A stretch of DNA of 64,000 nucleotides from Nautiliales bacterium. Lineage in GTDB: Bacteria > Campylobacterota > Campylobacteria > Campylobacterales > JAADDX01. Location: positions 4,070 through 68,069 of the forward strand of contig JAUUDM010000016.1 in the NCBI GenBank assembly GCA_030826765.1, in the 5' to 3' direction. Both the position numbers and the translations under genes were made by a program. Below the pieces are notes generated by a model. That model was not told the DNA's origin and ran no database searches. It saw nothing but the letters and a program-made list of their open reading frames with translations. Shown piece by piece: positions 24,920 to 33,698 of this stretch (positions are counted from its first letter, which is position 1; every line of letters begins with the position of its first letter).

Positions 24920-26389
24920 TTATCTTCTTCTATTTCTGTCACCACTTCTTGAAGAGTTTCTACCACCTCTATCACCACCACCGTTTCTTGATGAAGAATT
25001 TCTACTTCTGTTACCACCTCTGTAACCACCTCTACTTCTTCTTCCTCTATCTCCCCCTCTATCATTTTTGGCTCTTGATTCAATTCTTGAAATTTCATTC
25101 ATATTTTTACCGATTCTTTCGTTTCCGGCAATTTTCATTTCATCTTCAAGTAGAGTCGCAAGTTTATAAGCGATAGTAGATAAGTCATATTCTTCTTTTA
25201 ATTGTTCAATTAATGTAATAGAATTTTCACTTACATCAGCTTGTTCGATTTTTTCAAGAAGTTCGTTGCTTTTTTTACCTTTTACTTCATGGATTGAAGG
25301 TATCTCTTTTGCGATTAGTTTGCTTCCTACTGATTTTTGAATTTTTAATAAACTTCTAAATTCAGCCGGAGTTACCAAAGAGATAGCCAAACCTTCTTTT
25401 CCGGCTCTTCCGGTTCTTCCGATTCTGTGCACATAACTTTCAGAATCAAATGGAATATGGTAGTTAAATACATGAGTTACATCATTTACATCAAGCCCTC
25501 TCGCCGCCACATCTGTCGCTACTAAAATTTCAAGGTCTTTTTTGAACGCTCTGATTGTTTCTTCTCTTTGTCTTTGTTCCATATCTCCGTGAAGACCCTT
25601 AGCTGCATAACCTTGAGAAACAAGCATAGTAGTAATTCTATCTACTTCACTTTTCATCCTACAGAAAATTATAGCTTTATTTGGGTCTTTATAGTCAAGT
25701 AGTCTGATTAGTGCTTCATCTCTTTCAAACTCTTCAACTACATAAAAACTTTGAGTGATTTTTGCATTTGTTACTTCGCTTTTTGTAATTGTGATAAATT
25801 CTGGCTCAACCAAGATTCTTTTTGCCAAATCTTTGATAGCTTGAGGCATTGTTGCACTAAATAAAAGTGTTTGTCTGTCACTTGGCATAAATGTGAATAT
25901 TTCTTTGATATCGTCTAAAAATCCCATATCAAGCATTTCATCTGCTTCATCTAATACTACATATTTTGGTGCTATATCAATTTTACCACCTCTTAGTAAA
26001 TCCAAAAATCTACCTGGTGTAGCTACTATTACACTTGCTTTTTCGATATGTTTAAGTTGTCTTGAATAACTTGTTCCACCATAAACTGTAGCTGTGTTGA
26101 TTCCCAAAAATTTTCCAAATCTGAAAATTTCATCACTAACTTGTGTTGCAAGTTCTCTTGTTGGCACGATAATTACTGCTTCTACACTTCCGTCAAGTTC
26201 TAATTTATTTAAAATTGGAAGTCCAAATGCTGCTGTTTTTCCTGTTCCTGTTTGTGCTTGTCCTACGATATCTTTTCCAGCTAAAACTACCGGAATTGCT
26301 TTTTCTTGAATCGGACTTGGTTCTTTAAATCCTGCTGTTTCGATTGCTTTGTTTAGTTCGTCTCTGAAATTAAATTCTGTAAATGTCAT
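24920..26389 (-). CDS. deaD: DEAD-box ATP-dependent RNA helicase with a C-terminal RGG/RS-rich tail
   Basis: Q motif region FKEPSPIQ, motif I AQTGTGKT, motif II DEAD, SAT, HRIGRTGRAG, and the tail RGGDRGRRSRGGYRGGNRSRNSSSRNGGGDRGGR. Confidence 0.9.
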   Translation of the reverse strand: MTFTEFNFRDELNKAIETAGFKEPSPIQEKAIPVVLAGKDIVGQAQTGTGKTAAFGLPILNKLELDGSVEAVIIVPTRELATQVSDEIFRFGKFLGINTATVYGGTSYSRQLKHIEKASVIVATPGRFLDLLRGGKIDIAPKYVVLDEADEMLDMGFLDDIKEIFTFMPSDRQTLLFSATMPQAIKDLAKRILVEPEFITITKSEVTNAKITQSFYVVEEFERDEALIRLLDYKDPNKAIIFCRMKSEVDRITTMLVSQGYAAKGLHGDMEQRQREETIRAFKKDLEILVATDVAARGLDVNDVTHVFNYHIPFDSESYVHRIGRTGRAGKEGLAISLVTPAEFRSLLKIQKSVGSKLIAKEIPSIHEVKGKKSNELLEKIEQADVSENSITLIEQLKEEYDLSTIAYKLATLLEDEMKIAGNERIGKNMNEISRIESRAKNDRGGDRGRRSRGGYRGGNRSRNSSSRNGGGDRGGRNSSRSGDRNRRR

Positions 26390-26593
26390 TTTGTTCCTTA
26401 ATTTTTGTGAATTAGATTAATTCTAAATTATTTTATATAAAATTTTAAATTGTGATAATTCACTGTTGTTTATTTACCTTGCTCGGTAAGTAGATAATAT
26501 TTTGAAGTGTTTCGTGAAGAAAATATGTTAAGAATGTATCTTAAAAATCTAAAATATTCGGTTACTCACCGTTTGGTTAGCCGAATTATATCA

Positions 26594-26623
26594 TAAAAAA
26601 ACAAAAAGTGAAGGTTTTTCACT
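26594..26623 (-). terminator. Rho-independent terminator of galU
   Basis: Minus strand reads AGTGAA-AAACC-TTCACT followed by TTTTGTTTTTTT. The hairpin overlaps the galU stop codon. Confidence 0.55.
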
Positions 26624-27455
26624 ATTTTTCACTATTATTGTTTTTTTTAATTTTATTATAAAAATGATTTGTAGCTTCAATAAATCCATCTACACTACCA
26701 CAATCAAATCTTTTTCCTTTAAATTTATATCCAATTACCATGCCATTTTTTGCTTGTTCAAGCAAAGCATCTGTGATTTGTATTTCTCCTCCTTTTCCAG
26801 CTTTTGTATCTCTTAAAATATTAAATATATCGGGAGTTAAAATGTATCTTCCTATGATTGCTAAATTACTTGGTGCATTTTTGGGTTCTGGTTTTTCTAC
26901 CATATTATTTATCATAAATACACCATTTTCTATCTCTTTACCTGCAATTACACCATATTTTGAAGTCTCTTCTTTTGGAACTTCTTCGATAGCTACGATT
27001 GAGCATTTAAATTTATTATAAAGTTTTACCATTTGAGATAAAACATTACCTTCACATAAATCATCTGCTAAAACTACTGCAAAAGGGTTGTTTCCAACTA
27101 ATGGTTCAGCAGTTAAAATAGCGTGTCCAAGTCCTTTCATCTCTTTTTGTCTAACATAAGTAAATGTACACTCTTCTATCATTTTAGTTGTATCTTCAAG
27201 AAGTTTTTCTTTTGATTTGCTTCCTTTTATACTTTGTTCAACTTCTGGTGCATAATCAAGATAATCTTCAATCGCTCTTTTGCTTCTTCCCGTTACAAAT
27301 CCAAATTCTTTGATTCCCGCTTTGTTTGCTTCTTCGATTCCATAATGAATTAGTGGTTTATTCACAACTGGTAGCATTTCTTTAGGGATTGATTTTGTTG
27401 CTGGTAAAAATCTTGTTCCATATCCAGCTGCTGGAAATATACATTTTTTTATCAT
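26622..27455 (-). CDS. galU: UTP--glucose-1-phosphate uridylyltransferase
   Basis: N-terminus KCIFPAAGYGTRFLPATKSIPKEMLPVVNKPLI, plus VLADD and the EKP motif. Confidence 0.9.
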   Translation of the reverse strand: MIKKCIFPAAGYGTRFLPATKSIPKEMLPVVNKPLIHYGIEEANKAGIKEFGFVTGRSKRAIEDYLDYAPEVEQSIKGSKSKEKLLEDTTKMIEECTFTYVRQKEMKGLGHAILTAEPLVGNNPFAVVLADDLCEGNVLSQMVKLYNKFKCSIVAIEEVPKEETSKYGVIAGKEIENGVFMINNMVEKPEPKNAPSNLAIIGRYILTPDIFNILRDTKAGKGGEIQITDALLEQAKNGMVIGYKFKGKRFDCGSVDGFIEATNHFYNKIKKNNNSEK

Positions 27456-27476
27456 CCTTTTTCTCCTTTAATAAAT

Positions 27477-27527
27477 GGTACTGACTAAATAAATTTACAT
27501 TATTGTTGAAAGTTTTAGGTCAGTACC
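27477..27527. repeat. Short copy (51 bp) of a palindromic intergenic element
   Basis: GGTACTGAC-TAAA ... TTTAGGTCAGTACC gives a 13-bp stem with one bulge. The minus-strand arm GTACTGACCTAAAACTTTCAACAATA matches 46390-46415 (GCACTGACCTAAAACTCTTAACAATA). It starts at the psd stop codon. Confidence 0.6.
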
Positions 27528-28315
27528 TAGTAAATTTCACCTAAAATTTCTCCAGTTTCTACTTCATCTTTTTGGTTTAAATATTTGAAATGTTCTTCTC
27601 CAAAGAAAAGTAAAATAGTACTTCCCATTTCAAATCTTCCAAGTTCTTCACCTTTTTTAAGGTGTAGATTTTCATATTCAAAAGTAGTTATTTTAGCATT
27701 ATTTGTATTTGTTTTAATCTTACTATCAAAATTAAATACCATACTTCCTACATTTAATGCTCCAACTGCTACAAAATAAAAGATTCTATCTTTTTTATCT
27801 TTACATCTTAAAATTACTCTTTCATTTTTACAAAATAGATTATCTCTTTTTTTAAGACTTGCTAAATTTACTGGATAAAGTGCACCTGGAATATGAGTTG
27901 CTTTTAAAATTTGCATATCTATTGGAACGTGATATCTGTGGTAATCTTTTGGAGAAAGATAGATATTTACAAAAAATCCATTTGTAAGTTTGTTTTCTGG
28001 AATTAGTTCATCAATAGAGTAGCTTTTACCTTTTATTTGGTAAGCTTTTTTGTTTTCAATTTCTCCATATTCTGTAATTAAACCGTCACAAGGAGAACAT
28101 AAAACATCCTCATCTTCGTGAAATTCTATCTCTTTTTTTTCTCTTATAAAAAGAGCGTTTAGAGTAGGGTATTTACAAGGGTCCTCTTCTTTAAATAGAC
28201 TCATATCTATTTTAAAAATTTTTACATAACTTTTATTTATAAAGCATTGCAAAAATTTAGGGAATTTTGTTTTAGCAAATTTCCCAAATATCTGCGAGAC
28301 GCCATTGGTGTTCAT
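27527..28315 (-). CDS. psd: Phosphatidylserine decarboxylase proenzyme
   Basis: 262 aa. Includes YHRYHVP, and the self-cleavage motif is embedded in GRFEMGSTILLFF. Confidence 0.9.
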   Translation of the reverse strand: MNTNGVSQIFGKFAKTKFPKFLQCFINKSYVKIFKIDMSLFKEEDPCKYPTLNALFIREKKEIEFHEDEDVLCSPCDGLITEYGEIENKKAYQIKGKSYSIDELIPENKLTNGFFVNIYLSPKDYHRYHVPIDMQILKATHIPGALYPVNLASLKKRDNLFCKNERVILRCKDKKDRIFYFVAVGALNVGSMVFNFDSKIKTNTNNAKITTFEYENLHLKKGEELGRFEMGSTILLFFGEEHFKYLNQKDEVETGEILGEIY

Positions 28316-29304
28316 TGTAGTTTAACTCCTTTGTTTCCTTCTTTTAATTCTCCAATAACATAACCATCACTATTTTCTAAAACAAAATCAACATTTTCTT
28401 TGTTTACAACTAAAACCATACCAACACCCATATTGAATGTTCTATACATTTCAGATTCTTCTACGAATTGACTCATAAAATCAAAAATAGGTAAAGTTTG
28501 GATTTTATTTTTGTAAACTACGGCTTCAAGGTTGTCAGGTAAAACTCTTGGTAAGTTTTCAACAATTCCACCGCCTGTAATGTGAGCTAAAGCATTGATT
28601 TTATCTTTTAGTTTTTTAAATTCTTTTACATAAATTCTTGTTGGAGTAAGAAGTGTTTCATACATTGGTTTACCATTGAATTCACTATTTACATTCATAT
28701 TGTTTGCTTCTAAGATTTTTCTAACTAAACTAAATCCATTTGAATGAACTCCACTACTTGGTAAAGCAATTAAAACATCTCCAGCTTTTGTGTGGCTTGT
28801 TCTTTCCATTTCATCTTCTTCAGCAATTCCAACTGCAAATCCTGCTAAATCAAAATCATTTTCCTTGTACATCCCAGGCATTTCAGCAGTTTCTCCACCA
28901 ATTAATGCAGATTCACTTAGCTTACAACCCTCAGCAATTCCTTTTACAACTTGGGCAGCTTCATTAGTTTTTAACTTTCCTGTTGCATAATAATCTAAGA
29001 AATATAAAGGTTCTCCAAAATTACAAATTAAATCATTTACACACATAGCAACTAAATCAATACCAACTGTATCAAATTTTTTAGCATCAATTGCAAGTTT
29101 TAATTTAGTTCCAACTCCATCAGTTGCACTAAGTAAAACTGGTTTTTTATAACCACTTGGAAGTCTAAACGCTCCAGCAAAACTACCAATTCCACCAATT
29201 ACATTTGGTGTCATTGTCTCTTTTACAAATGGTTTTATTTGTTCAACAAAACTATTTCCTGCATCAATATCAACACCACTATCTTTATATGAAATTTTAC
29301 TCAT
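28312..29304 (-). CDS. purM: Phosphoribosylformylglycinamidine cyclo-ligase (AIR synthetase)
   Basis: MSKISYKDSGVDIDAGN..., DGVGTKL, and GGETAEMPG. I place the start at the ATG at 29304 (AAGGAA RBS), which overlaps the upstream ORF's stop as ATGAGTAA. Confidence 0.95.
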   Translation of the reverse strand: MSKISYKDSGVDIDAGNSFVEQIKPFVKETMTPNVIGGIGSFAGAFRLPSGYKKPVLLSATDGVGTKLKLAIDAKKFDTVGIDLVAMCVNDLICNFGEPLYFLDYYATGKLKTNEAAQVVKGIAEGCKLSESALIGGETAEMPGMYKENDFDLAGFAVGIAEEDEMERTSHTKAGDVLIALPSSGVHSNGFSLVRKILEANNMNVNSEFNGKPMYETLLTPTRIYVKEFKKLKDKINALAHITGGGIVENLPRVLPDNLEAVVYKNKIQTLPIFDFMSQFVEESEMYRTFNMGVGMVLVVNKENVDFVLENSDGYVIGELKEGNKGVKLQ

Positions 29305-29539
29305 AAGTTTCCTTTTTATCTTCATCGCATTCGCAATAACATTTTGGTAAAAATTTACTTAATATCCAAATACTTGGACAAAAATCAAATACTGCCCATA
29401 CCATCATCATAATTGATACAAAAGCTAAAAATGCTAATGCTAAAGTTTCATGTCCTTTTGCAAAAATAGCAATAATTAAAACAATTACAATTGAAGTCAA
29501 AGCTCTTGCAACTCTTTCAGCACAAATTTTAAATTCCAT
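29297..29539 (-). CDS. Small two-TM membrane protein, DUF2892/YgaP-like, with a Cys-rich acidic tail
   Basis: 80 aa. N-terminal ERVARALTS, two hydrophobic helices, FDFCPSIW, and a C-terminal KCYCECDEDKKETYE. Confidence 0.45.
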   Translation of the reverse strand: MEFKICAERVARALTSIVIVLIIAIFAKGHETLALAFLAFVSIMMMVWAVFDFCPSIWILSKFLPKCYCECDEDKKETYE

Positions 29540-29541
29540 TT

Positions 29542-30513
29542 TTATCCTTTTATAAGTTTATTTACTTTTTCCATTTTTTCAGCTGCTATTTTACCAGCTT
29601 TTTGTTTAGATTTTTCTAAAATTTCTAATACATATTCATCACTTAGACTTGCTTTTTTTTCTCTAATTGGTGCTAAAAAGGCATCAATATTTTTTGCACA
29701 CTCTTTTTTACACGCTACACAACCAATAGTTCCAGCCGTACACTCTGAATATATTTTTTCTTGAGTTTCTTTATCAGAGAAAATTTTGTGATATTCCCAA
29801 ACTGTGCAAACTTCTGGATTACCTTTGTCAGTTTTTTTGATTCTATTTGTATCGGTTTTTGCACCTCTTAGTTTTTGCCAAATAGTTTCAGTGTCATCAT
29901 CTAAATAGATTGAATTATTATAACTTTTTGACATTTTTCTGCCATCAAGCCCACTAAGTTTTGAAGTTTCAGTGAGCTTCTCTTTTGGTTCAGTAAATAT
30001 TTCACTTCCAAAAAGATGATGAAATCTTCTAACAATTTCTCTTGCTAATTCTAAATGAGGTTTTTGGTCTTCTCCAATAGGAACAAGTTCTCCATCATAC
30101 AATACGATATCAGCTGTTTGTAATACAGGGTATGTTAAAAATCCAGCCATATTTTTATCTTTAAATTCAGGTTGTTCAAGCATATCTTTGTAACTTGGAT
30201 TTCTTTCAAGCCAATTTACAGGAGTTATCATATTTAAAACTAAATATAATTCAGAATGCTCTTTTATATCACTTTGAATAAAAACAGTTGATTTTTCGGG
30301 ATCAATTCCACAAGCTATCCAAGTTTTGGCTAAATCAATACTCAATTCTTGTAAATTTAATTTATCTTCATATTTAGTCGAAAGTGCGTGCCAATCAGCT
30401 ACAAAGAAAAAGCATTCATTTTCTTTTTGAAGTTCAAGCCAATTTTTAATAACTCCAAAATAGTGACCTAAATGTAAAGACCCAGTAGGTCTCATTCCAC
30501 TAACTATTCTCAA
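29542..30513 (-). CDS. trpS: Tryptophan--tRNA ligase
   Basis: HIGH-type motif in PTGSLHLGHYFG, the KMSKS motif, and 323 aa in length. Confidence 0.95.
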   Translation of the reverse strand: MRIVSGMRPTGSLHLGHYFGVIKNWLELQKENECFFFVADWHALSTKYEDKLNLQELSIDLAKTWIACGIDPEKSTVFIQSDIKEHSELYLVLNMITPVNWLERNPSYKDMLEQPEFKDKNMAGFLTYPVLQTADIVLYDGELVPIGEDQKPHLELAREIVRRFHHLFGSEIFTEPKEKLTETSKLSGLDGRKMSKSYNNSIYLDDDTETIWQKLRGAKTDTNRIKKTDKGNPEVCTVWEYHKIFSDKETQEKIYSECTAGTIGCVACKKECAKNIDAFLAPIREKKASLSDEYVLEILEKSKQKAGKIAAEKMEKVNKLIKG

Positions 30514-31283
30514 AATTTAACTCCTACTTCAGCAAATGCCCCTTTGAATTGTAATTTTGTTTCGTTATCCCCATCTTCACCTAAAATATCTTGATATCTA
30601 TATCCAGCTGATGCAGAAATATCTAAAATAGGTAAAGGTAGATGATATTTTAAAGCTCCAATATAATCATAATAGTGTCCTGTTCCACTAACATTTAAAT
30701 ATTTACCTTGTGCTTCTATACTAAATCCAAAAAGTTGCATAGTCTCAGCTCTTGCATAAAGATATGGAATAGGCTCTGTAGATGAAGCTGATGAAGTTTG
30801 TGTTGAAGTTTTTACAGTTGTATCTGTACTTAATACATTTACACCAATTCCTGCTTCTAAATCAACAATAACTGGTTTAAATTCATAAAAAAGTGTAGCA
30901 TCATAACTATTGATATCTAAATCTGTATGTACTCTATCAGAAAGAGATATACTTTTACCAAACACTTTAAGTTTTCCACTTGCTATACCGTCACCACTTG
31001 TTGAATATTTTGTATATTGTAATTTCACATTTGGAATAAGAGGAATTGGATGAATAAATTTTACCCAAATATAAGGTTCTGTTTCATCTTGTAATCCAAG
31101 GTTACCAGTATTATCATTTCCATCAGTTTCGGCAGATTTATTATTCATATAATTAATTGTATCACCACTTTTTACATAACCACTAATATTTTCTTGCCAA
31201 ACACCAGCACCTGCACTAATACTTAAAAAGTCGGCACTTGCAAAACTTCCTGCTACTAATAAACTTAAAGCTAATTTTTTCAT
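30510..31283 (-). CDS. Outer-membrane beta-barrel protein (signal peptide, alternating beta pattern, C-terminal Phe)
   Basis: Signal peptide MKKLALSLLVAGSFASA, Gly/Tyr-rich amphipathic strands, and a C-terminus ending ...FAEVGVKF. Confidence 0.6.
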   Translation of the reverse strand: MKKLALSLLVAGSFASADFLSISAGAGVWQENISGYVKSGDTINYMNNKSAETDGNDNTGNLGLQDETEPYIWVKFIHPIPLIPNVKLQYTKYSTSGDGIASGKLKVFGKSISLSDRVHTDLDINSYDATLFYEFKPVIVDLEAGIGVNVLSTDTTVKTSTQTSSASSTEPIPYLYARAETMQLFGFSIEAQGKYLNVSGTGHYYDYIGALKYHLPLPILDISASAGYRYQDILGEDGDNETKLQFKGAFAEVGVKF

Positions 31284-31316
31284 ACATTCTCCTTTTTTAT
31301 TTGTATTTTACCAAAA

Positions 31317-32705
31317 TTATTGTTCATTTTCTTTATCTTCGTCATATTTTTCACCTCTTTTTCTTACAGTAAAAAGTATTGGGCTACCTTCAAAATCAAA
31401 TCTTTCTCTTAAATAGTTTGCTAAATATCTTCTATAACTAAAATGTAAATGAGTTCTATTCATAATTAAAGCAATTCTTGGTGGTGCTGTTTCGTATTGC
31501 ACAGCATAAAGAATTTTAACCGGTTTTGTTTTATCTGTTGGAAGATAATGTCTTTGAGTTGCCTCTTTGATTACTTCATTTAGTTTTGAAGTTGGAATTC
31601 TTCTTGAATAATTTTCATAAACTTTTAAAACTAAATCTTTTAATTTATCTATATTTCTACCTGTTTTTGCACTTACTGCAATTACTGGGGCAAAATGAAG
31701 GAATTTAAATTTAAGTCTTACATTATCTACAAATTTTTTATATTCTTCTTTTGTTTCGTCCCATTTATTCATTACAATAATTACACCAGTTCTATGTTTA
31801 TCCACTAAACCTGCAATTTTTTCATCAAGTTCAGCAATTCCATTTTTAGCATCAATTACAAGCAGAGTTATATCACTCTCTTCAAGGTTTTTTTCAGTTC
31901 TCATCAAAGCATATTTCTCAATATCCTTGATTTTACTTCTTCTTCTTACACCTGCAGTATCAACGAAAGTGATTAATTTATCATTAAAATAAACAGTTTC
32001 ATCAATTGGATCAATCGTAGTTCCATCAACATCACTTACGATACTTCTTTCTTCTCCAAGTAAAGCATTTAAGAGTGAAGATTTACCTACATTTACTTTT
32101 CCGATAATTGAAACTTTTATATCTTTTTTTTCTACTTCTGGAGCTTCTTCTATCGCTAAAAGTTCTTCTAATGGTAAATCTTCATCATCAGCTAAAATCG
32201 GCTCAGTTATTTTATTTTCAGGGGTAATTCTTGCAATCTCATTTATAAGTTTTGTAACACCTCTGTTGTGAGTTACACTAATTGGAAATATTTTTTCAGC
32301 TCCAAGTTCGTAATATTCGTGTACCATTTGACCTAATTTATCATTATCTATTTTATTAAGTACTAGCCAAATTGGTTTTTTTAATTTTAATAAATTTCTA
32401 AAATATCTGATTTCTATATCATCTGGATATTTTTGACCATCTGCCATAAATAAAATAATATCTGCTGTTTTTGCTATTTCTAACGCTTTGTCTTTTACTT
32501 TGTTAAAAAGTTCATCTCTATCTTCAAGACCACCTGTGTCAATTAATGTTATTTCTTTATTCTCATCGATAACAACATCTCTTTTTTTAAAATCTCTTGT
32601 AGTTCCAGCTTTACTTGAGGTAATTGCATCTTGTGCTTTTACAATTCTATTAAATAGACTGCTTTTACCAACATTTGGCTGTCCTACTATCGCTACTGTA
32701 AACAT
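31317..32705 (-). CDS. der: Ribosome-associated GTPase Der/EngA (double G domain + KH-like domain)
   Basis: Two P-loops, GQPNVGKSS and GKVNVGKSS. DTGG and DTAG motifs, plus two NKID/NKWD motifs. Confidence 0.95.
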   Translation of the reverse strand: MFTVAIVGQPNVGKSSLFNRIVKAQDAITSSKAGTTRDFKKRDVVIDENKEITLIDTGGLEDRDELFNKVKDKALEIAKTADIILFMADGQKYPDDIEIRYFRNLLKLKKPIWLVLNKIDNDKLGQMVHEYYELGAEKIFPISVTHNRGVTKLINEIARITPENKITEPILADDEDLPLEELLAIEEAPEVEKKDIKVSIIGKVNVGKSSLLNALLGEERSIVSDVDGTTIDPIDETVYFNDKLITFVDTAGVRRRSKIKDIEKYALMRTEKNLEESDITLLVIDAKNGIAELDEKIAGLVDKHRTGVIIVMNKWDETKEEYKKFVDNVRLKFKFLHFAPVIAVSAKTGRNIDKLKDLVLKVYENYSRRIPTSKLNEVIKEATQRHYLPTDKTKPVKILYAVQYETAPPRIALIMNRTHLHFSYRRYLANYLRERFDFEGSPILFTVRKRGEKYDEDKENEQ

Positions 32706-32711
32706 ATATTT

Positions 32712-33698
32712 TTATCCTTTTAAAATTTCATCAACTATAAATTTTGCACCATTTACTGAATTAATTTCTTTTAACTTTTGTGATATTATATCAATATTTT
32801 TTATTTCCTCAAAAACATCTAAACTTAACTCAGTTTGAAGTCTTAAAAATGCTAAGTTTTTATCTGCTAAAAATTTTGCATTATAATATTGATGATTTCC
32901 TGCTGCGTAAGGGTATGGCACAAAAAGAGTTGGAATTTGGTTAGCAATTAATTCAAAAAGAGTGCTGGCACCCGCACGACTTACTGCAAAATCAGCCTCT
33001 GAAATTTTATCTACTAAATTTGAATTAAAATCAAAAAAATCTACTTCTAAATTATTTTCTTTATAGAATTTTTCACATCTGTCAAAGTCTTTTTTACCTG
33101 TTTGATGAATAATTTTATATTTTTTTGTTTTTGCTACATTTAAGGCAAAATCATTAATCGCTTTTGCACCTTGACTTCCACCTAAAAATATAATAGTTTT
33201 AATTTCTTTTCTAAGTTTTGCTTTATCAAAAAAGTCACTTCTTACAGGATAAGGGTCATTATATAAAAATGTATTAAAAACTCTTTTGGCAAAAGGTTTT
33301 AGAATTTTATTTAATTTACCCATATAAGCATTTTGTTCGTGAATAAAAAGAGATTTGTTAAACATAACAGCACCAAAACTTGCAGGGGCTGCAGAGTAGC
33401 CTCCAACAGAAAAAACTTTTGTGATATTATGTTTTTTAAATATTTGTTTTGTTTTAAAACTATAATTCAAAATATTTGTTAAAGATAATAATTTTTTTAT
33501 ACCTTTTTTATTTACCACTCCACTTGTATCAAAAAAATATTTCTCTTCCCATCCATCATCATTTTCAAACCAAGCTTTGTCTTGACCATAAGTTGAGCCT
33601 ATAAAAATAGGTTTGATACCTCTTTTGTTTAACTCTTCTTTTATAGATTTTGCTATAACTAAATGTCCACCCGTTCCACCACCTGTAATTGCTATCAT
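32712..33698 (-). CDS. murG: UDP-N-acetylglucosamine--N-acetylmuramyl-(pentapeptide) pyrophosphoryl-undecaprenol GlcNAc transferase
   Basis: N-terminus MIAITGGGTGGHLVIA. Includes GGSQGA. Lies adjacent to ftsW. Confidence 0.9.
   Translation of the reverse strand: MIAITGGGTGGHLVIAKSIKEELNKRGIKPIFIGSTYGQDKAWFENDDGWEEKYFFDTSGVVNKKGIKKLLSLTNILNYSFKTKQIFKKHNITKVFSVGGYSAAPASFGAVMFNKSLFIHEQNAYMGKLNKILKPFAKRVFNTFLYNDPYPVRSDFFDKAKLRKEIKTIIFLGGSQGAKAINDFALNVAKTKKYKIIHQTGKKDFDRCEKFYKENNLEVDFFDFNSNLVDKISEADFAVSRAGASTLFELIANQIPTLFVPYPYAAGNHQYYNAKFLADKNLAFLRLQTELSLDVFEEIKNIDIISQKLKEINSVNGAKFIVDEILKG

Noticed and set aside
24904-25176. Two ORFs (24904-25098 minus, with an EEEVEVVTEVVTEVE-type sequence, and 24949-25176 plus) at the helicase 3' end.
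   Set aside because: They are alternative-frame and antisense readings of the repetitive RGG-tail codons of the DEAD-box helicase. They are repeat-driven artefacts.
26556-26586. The hairpin ATTCGGTTA...TAGCCGAAT, considered either as the galU terminator or as the helicase 5' UTR element downstream of a TGATATAAT box (26585-26594, minus strand).
   Set aside because: A better terminator (stem plus U-run) lies immediately after the galU stop. The putative -10 box overlaps one arm, so a transcript from it would not contain the full hairpin. Its role cannot be assigned from sequence alone.
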